From the NCBI GenBank assembly GCA_051382295.1, contig JBBCAW010000021.1, forward strand, positions 32,001 to 96,000: a stretch of DNA of 64,000 nt, in the 5' to 3' direction. This stretch comes from Bdellovibrionota bacterium FG-1. GTDB lineage: Bacteria; Bdellovibrionota; UBA1018. Position numbers and translations under genes: made by a program. Every line of letters begins with the position of its first letter. The first letter of the stretch is position 1. The notes beneath the pieces were generated by a model, which was not told the DNA's origin, searched no databases, and was given only the letters and a program-made list of their open reading frames with translations. Below are positions 30,175 to 39,293 of this stretch, piece by piece.

Positions 30175-31739
30175 TTTTTCTGTGCGAGCCCGATCAATTG
30201 CTCAACGATCTTAGCGAGTGGCATCCCGCCTTTGGCGGTCTTGGCGGCCGCCTTGCGCCAGGTTTCTGGTAAAACTTCATTGGCTTCCCATTTTCCGGTG
30301 GCAAAGCGATCGCCGGGGGTTTTGGCTTTTTCGCCCAGTCCTGGAGTCCAAATAAAGTCGGGATGTGCATTTTGGTACCATTCGCCGCCGATAATGGCTC
30401 CGTGGGTGTCTAGTTCGAGGTCATACATGTAGCGCACTGTGGTGGGATTGTCGTTTTTGGGTGAATCGGTTTTGGCATGACTCGGGTTGGTTTCTTCAAT
30501 GTAGGTGAGGTCCATCGCAATGCCCACCACGGTGCGGGCATTTTTGGATCGATAACTTTTAAACTTGTCGTCTTTAAAATCGTTGAGAGCGACCTGCGCG
30601 GCGCTGAGGGTTTCAGCCGGTTCTCCGGTCTGGGGATTAAAATAGGAGTATTGATAAGAGTAGACGGGTTGGTTCCACACTTCGTAATCGTAGGTCGCAT
30701 CGATCACCATGCTGCGTTTGGCAACGCCGATTTGGTTGATCATGGTCAAATGCCAGGTGCCTGGATTGGTATCGAAACAATCCTGCGAAATGATGCGGCC
30801 GTTAGGGTCCATTTGTGGGTCTTTTTCATTACAGCGCCCCCCGATAAACCGGCTCTCGGTTCGAGTCCTAGCCCAAAGGAGGGAGGCTAGGCCTTTGATA
30901 TCCGATGGATAAAAAGTAAGCCTGGTTTGTCCGTTGGCAGCCAAAACCTGAACCGTCCGGGTCGGACGTGGGAGCGAATAGGAGGCCGGGGCCCAGCCGT
31001 GACAGATTCCCATCCAATTTTCGACGGAACCGTTTTCTCGATAATAACCTTCGCCGTCACTCCACATGGCCTGAGTGAGTCCTTGATTGGAATCGCCGGT
31101 GAGAAGGTCGTATTTTTCGGAAGGAGACAACGAATCAATGGCCGTGACATCACCGGCCTGAAAGATCGAAAGCGCGGACGTCACAGGGTTGATGACATAT
31201 TGTTGATTGAGGAACCAGCTCGCGTTACCCGGGAATTGGTTGTCCGCATAACGTTGGCCCAGCGTCCCTAAATAGATCGGCCAATAACTGTCAGACCAGG
31301 GGCTTTCGGCAAGCTCAGCGCTTTTAAGATTTTGAGTTTCCATTTGGTCCAAAGTGCGAACCAGGGTGTCGGTGTTGTCTACTAAGTCTTCGACAAGGTC
31401 ATTTTCTTCGTAGGGAGCACGGCCGGGAAGGGTTTCGTTTAAACAGACGCGGTTTCCAGTTCTCGTGGTTTTACACATGCCTCTGCGGAGCTGGTCTTTT
31501 TGCCGAACGAACTCACCCGTAAGGATGGCGTCATCCGTAAAGGCCGAGTTGGAGGGTGCCGGTCGGCCCGAGGCTAAATCGAATTTTTTTGGAATCCGTT
31601 TCATGACTTGGGCGGGATGAGCCTTGAACTCTTGAAGGAAACCGCGAATGGCCTGGGCACGTTGGGCGTTCGCAGCTGGAATGCTGCAAAAGGCCGGAGT
31701 TCCGATTAAAAAAACGGACAAGCCGATAGAAAATTTCAC
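30171..31739 (-). CDS. Transglutaminase-elicitor family protein (oomycete GP42-like), secreted
   Basis: Motifs PWSDSYWP, SPSEKYD, WMGICHGWAPA, SDIKGL, DTNPGTWH, EVWNQPV and YDLELD..G.IIGGEW..HPDFIW. Confidence 0.82.
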   Translation of the reverse strand: MKFSIGLSVFLIGTPAFCSIPAANAQRAQAIRGFLQEFKAHPAQVMKRIPKKFDLASGRPAPSNSAFTDDAILTGEFVRQKDQLRRGMCKTTRTGNRVCLNETLPGRAPYEENDLVEDLVDNTDTLVRTLDQMETQNLKSAELAESPWSDSYWPIYLGTLGQRYADNQFPGNASWFLNQQYVINPVTSALSIFQAGDVTAIDSLSPSEKYDLLTGDSNQGLTQAMWSDGEGYYRENGSVENWMGICHGWAPASYSLPRPTRTVQVLAANGQTRLTFYPSDIKGLASLLWARTRTESRFIGGRCNEKDPQMDPNGRIISQDCFDTNPGTWHLTMINQIGVAKRSMVIDATYDYEVWNQPVYSYQYSYFNPQTGEPAETLSAAQVALNDFKDDKFKSYRSKNARTVVGIAMDLTYIEETNPSHAKTDSPKNDNPTTVRYMYDLELDTHGAIIGGEWYQNAHPDFIWTPGLGEKAKTPGDRFATGKWEANEVLPETWRKAAAKTAKGGMPLAKIVEQLIGLAQKK

Positions 31740-31892
31740 CCGGAGGTCCCCCTAAAAAACAGAAGCATGCACAGTCACTGTGTAATTGACGCGGACTATA
31801 ATTGAAACTCATGCGGTGCGCAACGGTAATTCGGCAGTCAGGTCGTGAAGTCTTGACCGATTGAGCGAGATGGCAGCATAATCCGGTGGAAT

Positions 31893-32489
31893 ATGATGGA
31901 GCTTTTTATCTTTCGACATGGCGAAACAGATTGGAATGCGCAGGGGCGATTTCAGGGGCATATCGATATTCCTCTCAACAGCCGAGGCCGTGAACAAGCT
32001 CGCGCCCTGGTTGAAAAGCTGCAGAGCAAGGGGATTGAGGCGATTTTGAGTAGTGATCTCAGTAGGGCAGTAGAGACGGCGCAAATTGTCGCAGCGGAGC
32101 TGAAGGTCCCTGTTTTTATTGATTCAGCGCTTCGAGAGGCCTATTTGGGGGCAGCCCAAGGGATGACTTATCAGGAAATTCTTGAACAATTTGGAGAAGA
32201 TATCACGGGGCGGTGGCGTTCCAGCCAGCCGACTGATGCGGATGTTTCTTATCCGGGGGGTGAGACGGCTACACAGGTGATTGAGAGAGTGTTTGGGGCC
32301 TTGGAACGTTTTATGGAAACCCAAACGAATTTGGTGCGAATCGGCGTTTCGTGTCACGGCGGGGTCATTCGGCGAGTGATGCAGCGCCTGAGACCACCGG
32401 GGAGTGATCCGGTACGGATCCCTAATACGGTGCTTTATCAAATCGGTTTTGATCCCCAGATGAAAAAGTGGCATTTGTATGGGGAATAG
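31893..32489 (+). CDS. Histidine phosphatase family protein
   Basis: Motifs RHGETDWN, SSDLSRAVETA, LREA and CHGGVIR. Confidence 0.93.
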   Translation: MMELFIFRHGETDWNAQGRFQGHIDIPLNSRGREQARALVEKLQSKGIEAILSSDLSRAVETAQIVAAELKVPVFIDSALREAYLGAAQGMTYQEILEQFGEDITGRWRSSQPTDADVSYPGGETATQVIERVFGALERFMETQTNLVRIGVSCHGGVIRRVMQRLRPPGSDPVRIPNTVLYQIGFDPQMKKWHLYGE

Positions 32490-32515
32490 CGGACGGGGAA
32501 CAAAGGAGAGTTAAA

Positions 32516-33031
32516 ATGGGATTCATGAGACTCGTGGGTTTATCGGCGGTATTCTTTTTGATTCCTTGTGCACAAGCCGAGCACACTCGGGTAACCAACC
32601 CCAGTGCGGTCAGTGTTGAATTCTTTGGGCGTGGGCTGACTTATGGGTTGTCTTTTGATCGGGTGGTCAGCGATGACCTTGCTGCAGGCGTTAGCCTCGG
32701 TCGGGTTTCGCTCAATGATTTGGCCGGCAATGATGCGGGCGTCAGTACGATGCTCATCCCGGTCTATGCCAATTATTACTTCACCCGAGATGCCGGTTCC
32801 TTTTTTGCGACGGCGGGGGCAACGCTAATTACCAATAGCGGCGAGGCCAAGGGTCTTAAGGCCACCCTGAGTGGTGTAGAATTTACTTCTTCGACCCCGA
32901 TTCTTGCTCAGGTGGGCGTGGGCTATGAAAACCGTGCGGATGCCGGGTATCTTTTTCGGGTAGCCGCCTATGGTATTTTGGGCAAAACGATTGTGCCGTG
33001 GTTTGGGGCTTCATTGGGCTATGCATTTTAG
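32516..33031 (+). CDS. Small outer-membrane beta-barrel protein
   Basis: RBS AAGGAG, signal peptide, beta-strand pattern and C-terminal ASLGYAF. Confidence 0.75.
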   Translation: MGFMRLVGLSAVFFLIPCAQAEHTRVTNPSAVSVEFFGRGLTYGLSFDRVVSDDLAAGVSLGRVSLNDLAGNDAGVSTMLIPVYANYYFTRDAGSFFATAGATLITNSGEAKGLKATLSGVEFTSSTPILAQVGVGYENRADAGYLFRVAAYGILGKTIVPWFGASLGYAF

Positions 33032-33049
33032 AGGGGGAAGGGTTGAGCT

Positions 33050-33658
33050 ATGAATCAAATTATTTTTTTGGGCGTGCTGGTTTTGGGTGGTTGTTTTTTA
33101 CAGTCGGGTCAGGCACAGGCTGATTGGCAAGGAACCTTTGAGGTGAATACGGGGGGAGCGGGCGCTTCTCCCAATCGATCTGGAAAGGTTTTTGCTAAGG
33201 CTTCTCGGATGCGAATCGAGGCAACCGCGGAGGGACACAATGTCGTGATCCTTTCGGATATGAAGACTGGAAAGTACTCGATGCTATTAGCGGAACAGAA
33301 AATGGTGATGGAGTTGCCCGCGGATCAAACGACTCAGCAGTTGGTGTTATGTTCTACGGATAATGTTGATTCTTGTTTTAAAAATAAAGGTTTTAAATCG
33401 ATCGGAAAAGAGGTGCTTCAAGGTCACCCGTGCGTGATTTTAGAGGGAAGTGAAAGTCATGGTGGCACGAAGATTTACCACAAGATTTGGCGTCCCACGG
33501 ACCTCAAGGAAGTCTTCATGCTAAAATCTGTTTCTCGCACCAATCAGGAACGCGAAGTGATCGCTGAGATCAAAAACGTCAAAATCATTTCACTGCAGGA
33601 TGCTATTTTTGCGGTTCCGAGTGATTTTCACCGTTTTCAGCTTCCAATGGGACATTAA
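33050..33658 (+). CDS. Secreted protein, DUF4412/LolA-like fold
   Basis: Signal peptide; RMRIE, IGKEVLQGHPC and FAVPSDF motifs. Confidence 0.6.
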   Translation: MNQIIFLGVLVLGGCFLQSGQAQADWQGTFEVNTGGAGASPNRSGKVFAKASRMRIEATAEGHNVVILSDMKTGKYSMLLAEQKMVMELPADQTTQQLVLCSTDNVDSCFKNKGFKSIGKEVLQGHPCVILEGSESHGGTKIYHKIWRPTDLKEVFMLKSVSRTNQEREVIAEIKNVKIISLQDAIFAVPSDFHRFQLPMGH

Positions 33659-34503
33659 AAATCCGCCATCACCCCCAGATACCCAAAAGTGTCCGTTTTG
33701 TTTTTATATACAAAGTATTTAAGTCGCGGATCCACGCCCGTATAAAATCCAGCGACCAATCTCGCGGTCTGCACATGGTCGGTGGTGAAGTGATTGCCGA
33801 GGTAGGCCCCGATCTGCGCATGAAAAATATTGGCCATGCCGAATTCCTCGGAGCCGGCTTGCTTGAAACTGAAGGCGATATAGGGCGAAGGCTTTTGCCG
33901 GTCATCGGCGCCGCCGAAAGGAAAAAGTTCGAAAAATTCCTCACCCCCGAAGAAGTTCATTGACGGTCCAGCGTGAATCACTGGTAAAAAGGTGACGCCG
34001 GCACGCACATAAAAACCTAGGTCATAGAGAAAACGCGCAAAAAGGAGGTTGTCGCCCAAATTCGGATCAAGCAGGTCTCGATCCACGCCGCCTTCGGCAA
34101 GATGGCCGGAGTAGTGAATGGCACCCAGCGAAAGTCGATAAGCAGGATCGAGCGCAAACTCAAAGACACCTCCTGCATGGACATCGAACTCATCCGTGTA
34201 GATGCGTCCGCTATCGCTAAAAATCATTGAAGCATTGACCGAAGCGATGGCCACTAGTTCAGGATGAGCGGGTGAATCTGGATTGCCATAAATCGCAAAG
34301 TTGCCGGCCACCGCACCCCAGGAGCGCTGCGCGCCGTACCAAAGAAGGGAGGTTTGCTCGTCAATAAAAAGCGCATAGGTTTGATAAAGTTGATGGCTAT
34401 TCTTAGGAAGCAGTTGCCAGTCGGCCTTGGCATTCGAAGGTCCAAAAGAGGTACTTAAGAAAAATAAAAGTCCTAAAAAAAGCGAAAAAATCGTGCGGTT
34501 CAT
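33655..34503 (-). CDS. Hypothetical outer-membrane protein (DUF1207-like)
   Basis: Signal peptide, HYSGHL motif and terminal Phe. Confidence 0.55.
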   Translation of the reverse strand: MNRTIFSLFLGLLFFLSTSFGPSNAKADWQLLPKNSHQLYQTYALFIDEQTSLLWYGAQRSWGAVAGNFAIYGNPDSPAHPELVAIASVNASMIFSDSGRIYTDEFDVHAGGVFEFALDPAYRLSLGAIHYSGHLAEGGVDRDLLDPNLGDNLLFARFLYDLGFYVRAGVTFLPVIHAGPSMNFFGGEEFFELFPFGGADDRQKPSPYIAFSFKQAGSEEFGMANIFHAQIGAYLGNHFTTDHVQTARLVAGFYTGVDPRLKYFVYKNKTDTFGYLGVMADF

Positions 34504-34512
34504 GACATTCTC

Positions 34513-36081
34513 CTAAAGTTGGCAACGAAACAGCGTCCAGGCATTGGCGCGCTCCAGCCATTGAAAAAAGTTGATGTATTTGACCCAAGTTCCCAGCGTT
34601 CGATAGGCCGGGGTACAATGCGCGGCGATCGGGCTGGCTTGAGGGGGTAAATCAAACTTGTGAGAAAACACCCATAAAGGTTCTTGGGGGTGTTTCTGAA
34701 GTTTTTCAGCGAGCTGTCCATAATCTTGAAAGGCCGTGGTGACGAGCTGAGGAGGACGATAAAAATAGACAGGATTTCCTAAAACGAGATAGGGATCCCG
34801 TTCTTGATAAAAAATTTCAAAGCGTTGGGCCTGCGCGGGAATGAGGTCTGCCACGGCCTCGTAAAATTGAGCCGTACGAGAATAGGGAAGGACGCAGAGC
34901 GCCGCGAGGGCGAGGATATTGTTAGCCACTAAAAAGCGCCACAGCCAGCGAAAAGCAGGGCTTTCGAGGGGATCGAAAAAACGTCCGGTTTGGCGAGAAA
35001 CAAGGGCCAAGGTGATCAGCGCTGGTCCCGCTAGAGCCAGTGGAAAGAAAAATCGGAGTTCTTTGTGCGGGATCAACTCATGCACCAAGAAAAACGGTAC
35101 TTGGCTCCAGGTTAGAATATGCCTGGGATGACGAACCCACGCCACCAGCGTGATAGCCGCTAGCGCGGTGCCGATGAACGGCCAAGACTCCGTAAACGAC
35201 ATCCGGAACACGTCCCACCAGGGAGCGTTACCGAAGCGATTGACCTCGCCGCGAATCAGGTTGTAGTGCAAGTAACGCCAGGGACTGAATACCCACTCGC
35301 CATACCCCCAGTGGTCCACAATACGGCCGAGTCCCACCATCAGTCCAAAACCTACAACCAGTGCCAGGCCGATTCGAAAACGCGGAAAGGTTGCAGCTGT
35401 CGCACCGGGACGGAAAAAAAGCCAAGCTCCCAAGCCTACGATCATAAAGCCCATTTGAAATCGGGCTTCAAAGCTCAAACCCAGCAGCATTCCGGCCAAA
35501 AGCCAAAGAGGAAAACGGATCATCGCATCAGGTAAAACCAGCGGTCCTACAGTCGTGAGGGTTTTAGGGTGAGGAGTAGCGAGCCAATCACAGAGAGCCA
35601 TGCCCAGAAGAAATGCGGAACCCGCGAGGCTCTCCGAGGAAGGTCGTACATGAAGCGAAGGTAAAAACCATAGCAGTGCGGCCGCCATTACGCTCAAGCG
35701 CCGCGCTCGCTCGGATTCAAACCAGTCGGTTGCCCTGAGTGCGATGGCCAGCGAGCTCGCCCAACCGATGAGTCCGGTGGCGAGCCTGAAACTAAAGGCC
35801 CAGGTGAATGGGCTTTTAACCCCCACCGCGAGCCAAGTTTGAGTCATGCACCAATATAGAAAAGGCTGCATCCACGGCCGCATTCGTTCCGAGAATTCGA
35901 CCGCCAGATCTTTCATCGGCGTTCCGCCGAGTTTGTAATTAAGGAACTCAAGAATTTGAAAATATTCGTCGGCCGAATGATAGCCTCGGCTGAACCAGGC
36001 CGTGATGATATGAAGAATGAGGCTAAGCCCCATCCATCGGATGACGAAATTTCGCCATTCACGGCTTTGGGCTAAGCTCAT
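34513..36081 (-). CDS. GT-C glycosyltransferase, Alg9/PIG-B-like mannosyltransferase (GT22)
   Basis: Polytopic membrane protein with HSADEYFQILEF, EARFQ and HKELRFFFP motifs. Confidence 0.8.
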   Translation of the reverse strand: MSLAQSREWRNFVIRWMGLSLILHIITAWFSRGYHSADEYFQILEFLNYKLGGTPMKDLAVEFSERMRPWMQPFLYWCMTQTWLAVGVKSPFTWAFSFRLATGLIGWASSLAIALRATDWFESERARRLSVMAAALLWFLPSLHVRPSSESLAGSAFLLGMALCDWLATPHPKTLTTVGPLVLPDAMIRFPLWLLAGMLLGLSFEARFQMGFMIVGLGAWLFFRPGATAATFPRFRIGLALVVGFGLMVGLGRIVDHWGYGEWVFSPWRYLHYNLIRGEVNRFGNAPWWDVFRMSFTESWPFIGTALAAITLVAWVRHPRHILTWSQVPFFLVHELIPHKELRFFFPLALAGPALITLALVSRQTGRFFDPLESPAFRWLWRFLVANNILALAALCVLPYSRTAQFYEAVADLIPAQAQRFEIFYQERDPYLVLGNPVYFYRPPQLVTTAFQDYGQLAEKLQKHPQEPLWVFSHKFDLPPQASPIAAHCTPAYRTLGTWVKYINFFQWLERANAWTLFRCQL

Positions 36082-37283
36082 GTTCGAGTTTCCTTTGCGG
36101 ATAGGACCAGGCTGATGGCCGCGATGATCACGCCCCAGGATTTAATGCCCGCTAATTCAAGCGGTTTGACCAGGGTTTTCCCGAGGACTTGAGGGATAAA
36201 AATTCCGATGCAGCAGGTGCCCAGAATGGCGATTGCAATCAGACGTCGATTGCCGATCTTGACCGCGCGAGCGACTGCAAGGGTGCAAAGCGGATAAGCG
36301 AGCACAAACGAATGGTGCCAGGCCAGTGGATGTACGATGAGGGCCAGCGCAATCCAACCTGCCCATCTTTCGGCCTCGGTGAGGCGCGCACTATTGCGTT
36401 GCCAAAGAGTACCCAAGATGAGGGCCAAAGATCCCGCCGTTACGATGTCAGCGGTAGCGCTGAGCGAACTGACCTTGAGAGTCCGCAAAATCAGGGCGGT
36501 GAGGCCGTGGTTGCCTTGTCCGCGAACGATTTCGGCGCCGAGCTGGGAGCCTCCGCTGGATGCGGCCATCGAAAAATCCCGATAATACTGGGTTAATGAT
36601 TGTTGGCCGGTCTTCCAAGAAACCAAAACAAGGATCGCATGGGAGGTGATGACGATCAATGAGGCCCAAAGCCATGGAGCGGGTCTGAGAAAGCGGCGCC
36701 AAATTCCGCCTAAGGTAAAAAGCGAAAATACCTTAGCGGAAAGCACCCAGGCCAACAGGCCTTCTCTGAAGCCGGTGCCTTGTTGAAGAGTCGCGGGGTC
36801 TTGGGGGCGTAAATCCGCAGGATAAGCCCAAAGTGAAGCGGTGAGTAAAATGAGCGTAAATTGACCTGCTGCAAAATGGGCATGAATCATCCACCAAAAC
36901 AGACATCCGACAAAACAAGCGAGTCGCCGAGGCACCCCCTGATGAACACACCAAAAAAGAGTATAGGCGAGACAAAGAACCTCGATGCCAAACCAACTGT
37001 GGCGAGCGGCTTCCCAGCTGAGAGCGCCTATTGGAAGAAAAAGGGGTAAAATCCAGGGGGGATATTTGAACACAAACCCGTGGTCCTCTGTCGTAAAGGC
37101 GTAAGGATTGCCTCCGGCAAGCCAGATATGGGCGGCTTTCCAATAAACATGAAAATCTTCAGCATACGCTTCACTATCCCGAAACATTCTTTTAAGCGCG
37201 GCTAGCGCAAGTATGCCAAAAAGTACGTCGATCCACATGCGGTCACGCCAAAAGCGGCGTTTAAGAGATTCGAGCTTAGACAT
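36078..37283 (-). CDS. GT87 (DUF2029) family membrane glycosyltransferase
   Basis: Motifs DFHVYWKAA..W..G.NPY, FKYPP, AGQF and PLAWHH; ATGA overlap with the GT22 gene. Confidence 0.8.
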   Translation of the reverse strand: MSKLESLKRRFWRDRMWIDVLFGILALAALKRMFRDSEAYAEDFHVYWKAAHIWLAGGNPYAFTTEDHGFVFKYPPWILPLFLPIGALSWEAARHSWFGIEVLCLAYTLFWCVHQGVPRRLACFVGCLFWWMIHAHFAAGQFTLILLTASLWAYPADLRPQDPATLQQGTGFREGLLAWVLSAKVFSLFTLGGIWRRFLRPAPWLWASLIVITSHAILVLVSWKTGQQSLTQYYRDFSMAASSGGSQLGAEIVRGQGNHGLTALILRTLKVSSLSATADIVTAGSLALILGTLWQRNSARLTEAERWAGWIALALIVHPLAWHHSFVLAYPLCTLAVARAVKIGNRRLIAIAILGTCCIGIFIPQVLGKTLVKPLELAGIKSWGVIIAAISLVLSAKETRT

Positions 37284-37290
37284 GGCTAGA

Positions 37291-38355
37291 TCAATACCCA
37301 AAGCTCGCCCCAAAAGAAAGGGACGAGGAGGTAATGGTGACTGGTATAATCGTCCCATTGGTGGCTACGCCATCGATGACCAGACTGAGCTGGGATGCGT
37401 CGAGGGAGAGCCCCCAGGTGTGACCAGAGAGCATCAGATAGGTGTAAGATAGACCTGTTGCGATTTCGTGATTTGTCAATGGTGAAAGGCTAAAGTCTGC
37501 AGATACGGGTGAGAATTTGAAATACACCAAGATCGAATCCCCCTTGTTCAATGTTCGACGCAGAGTTGGATAAATCTGAGGACCTGTCATATTTGTGAAG
37601 CCAAAGGTATTGGAGGCAACAAACATTGTCGTATAGTAACCGCCAAAAAACAGAGAGAGCTTCCAAGGTTCTTGAATAAAAGGTAGGGCATAGCCAAGTC
37701 GTAGATTCACTCCAAAAAAACGCGCGGAATCGGCGCGACTAGCAGCAAACGAGGCGATGGTAAAATAGGTCGTGAGCCCGAGGTCCCAGCGGGGAGGAGC
37801 TAAAAGAAAAGTGTAACCCAGTTTGCTGGTAACCCCCCATTCGTTGAATGGGTCAAACCGCGAATCGGTCACCTGGATCCTGCTGAGGCCTCCGCCGGCG
37901 AAAAAAAGGTTTCTTTTTTGGGACGGTGTTTCTTTGAGTTTTTTCCATTCAGGGATGTAAATGATCACTTCTTGTTTGCGGATTGTGCCATGGGAGTCAA
38001 TGACGGAGATCTCAATTTTACTGTTCTGCGCGAGGAGAGTAGCAGGGAATGAAAAGTCCCCGCCATCGCGGACGGGTAAGATGTCGTCTTTCCAAATCAG
38101 ACTGGCATGGGGGATCGGGCAATGGCCTGAAATCAGGGCGATGATGGAAATTTTCTTTCCTTGAGTGTGAATTTCGATTGCAGGCCCTTTTTCCGTGAAT
38201 TGTAAATCGGGAGCTTTAGGGCGAGCCCCCCCCAAAAAATAAAGGGCAGTATCTTTAGGGGTTTTTTCGATCGTTTCGGCGGCGCAGGGATGTCCTAGTA
38301 CCAGGAAAAACAGGGTCAAGCCGATCAAAGTAGAAAAGTCTTTATGGATAGACAA
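37291..38355 (-). CDS. Hypothetical secreted/outer-membrane protein (N-terminal Ig-like region, C-terminal beta-barrel)
   Basis: Signal peptide and beta-strand-rich C-terminus ending FGASFGY; TTG start uncertain. Confidence 0.65.
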   Translation of the reverse strand: MSIHKDFSTLIGLTLFFLVLGHPCAAETIEKTPKDTALYFLGGARPKAPDLQFTEKGPAIEIHTQGKKISIIALISGHCPIPHASLIWKDDILPVRDGGDFSFPATLLAQNSKIEISVIDSHGTIRKQEVIIYIPEWKKLKETPSQKRNLFFAGGGLSRIQVTDSRFDPFNEWGVTSKLGYTFLLAPPRWDLGLTTYFTIASFAASRADSARFFGVNLRLGYALPFIQEPWKLSLFFGGYYTTMFVASNTFGFTNMTGPQIYPTLRRTLNKGDSILVYFKFSPVSADFSLSPLTNHEIATGLSYTYLMLSGHTWGLSLDASQLSLVIDGVATNGTIIPVTITSSSLSFGASFGY

Positions 38356-38416
38356 GCCCCATGGATCTCCTCTATTTCAAAGTAACATGCCTCTGCTTAT
38401 GATCAAAACTGCAATT

Positions 38417-39211
38417 CTAATCGATAGTTGAAGCTATCGGACTGAGGTTCAGGGCGAGGCCTCGGGCGGTCTTTTGAATGATCTCCAGTGCTTCGGCGGG
38501 ATCATCGGTGAGATGAATGAAATCGAGGTCTGTCGGCGCCACGGCTCCCTGTGCGACGAGAGTGTCCCGAATCCAGTCCAGTAGACCTTTCCAATAGTTT
38601 TTTCCCATCAGGATGACTGGAAAATCGTAGAGCTTGCCGGTTTGAATGAGGGTAACGGCTTCGGTCATTTCGTCCAAAGTACCCATTCCGCCTGGCAAGA
38701 TCACAAAAGCATAGGAGTATTTGACAAGCATCACCTTTCGCACAAAGAAGTAATAAAAGGTAATGAAGTGATCCAGATAGGGATTGGGACGCTGCTCGTA
38801 AGGAAGGATAATGTTACAACCGATCGCTTGCCCTCCTGCCTCTTTTGCACCTCGATTAGCGGCTTCCATGAGTCCCGGGCCTCCGCCGGTCATGACCGCA
38901 AAACCCTCGCGCGCGAGCACGCCACCCATCTTGCGGGCAAGTTCATAGTAGGGGTGGCCCTCGCGAAAGCGTGCCGATCCAAACACGGTCACCGTTGGAG
39001 CCAGGCGATGAAATTTCATAAAACCTCGCCAAAACTCGATGCCGATTCGGATGAGTCGCCCCATCTCTCGCCAGCGCGAGTGCCGTCCCGCAAGAAATTG
39101 CGCTTCACTTTGGCGGTTTGCCGGCCGCCTTTCTAGCTCAAGGTGTTTGAGGTTGCTCAGTCGTTTAAGTTTGGGTTGAGGATTCAAAAATTTTTGCCAA
39201 GGCGACCACAT
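38417..39211 (-). CDS. LOG family (TIGR00730) nucleotide phosphoribohydrolase
   Basis: Motifs VFGSAR, TGGGPGLMEAANRGA, YFFVRK and PGGMGTLDE. Confidence 0.93.
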   Translation of the reverse strand: MWSPWQKFLNPQPKLKRLSNLKHLELERRPANRQSEAQFLAGRHSRWREMGRLIRIGIEFWRGFMKFHRLAPTVTVFGSARFREGHPYYELARKMGGVLAREGFAVMTGGGPGLMEAANRGAKEAGGQAIGCNIILPYEQRPNPYLDHFITFYYFFVRKVMLVKYSYAFVILPGGMGTLDEMTEAVTLIQTGKLYDFPVILMGKNYWKGLLDWIRDTLVAQGAVAPTDLDFIHLTDDPAEALEIIQKTARGLALNLSPIASTID

Positions 39212-39293
39212 AGGTGCATGAGCTTATCGAATCGGGGGTGTTTGCGAAAGGCTAAAGTAGACTCACCTAGTCAAAATATGTTAAGGGTAAGCG

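Noticed and set aside
38342..38362. Out-of-frame 6-codon uORF (MGLVYP) behind a strong GAGGAG upstream of the 37291-38355 gene
   Set aside because: It cannot be distinguished from chance or start-site ambiguity without expression data.
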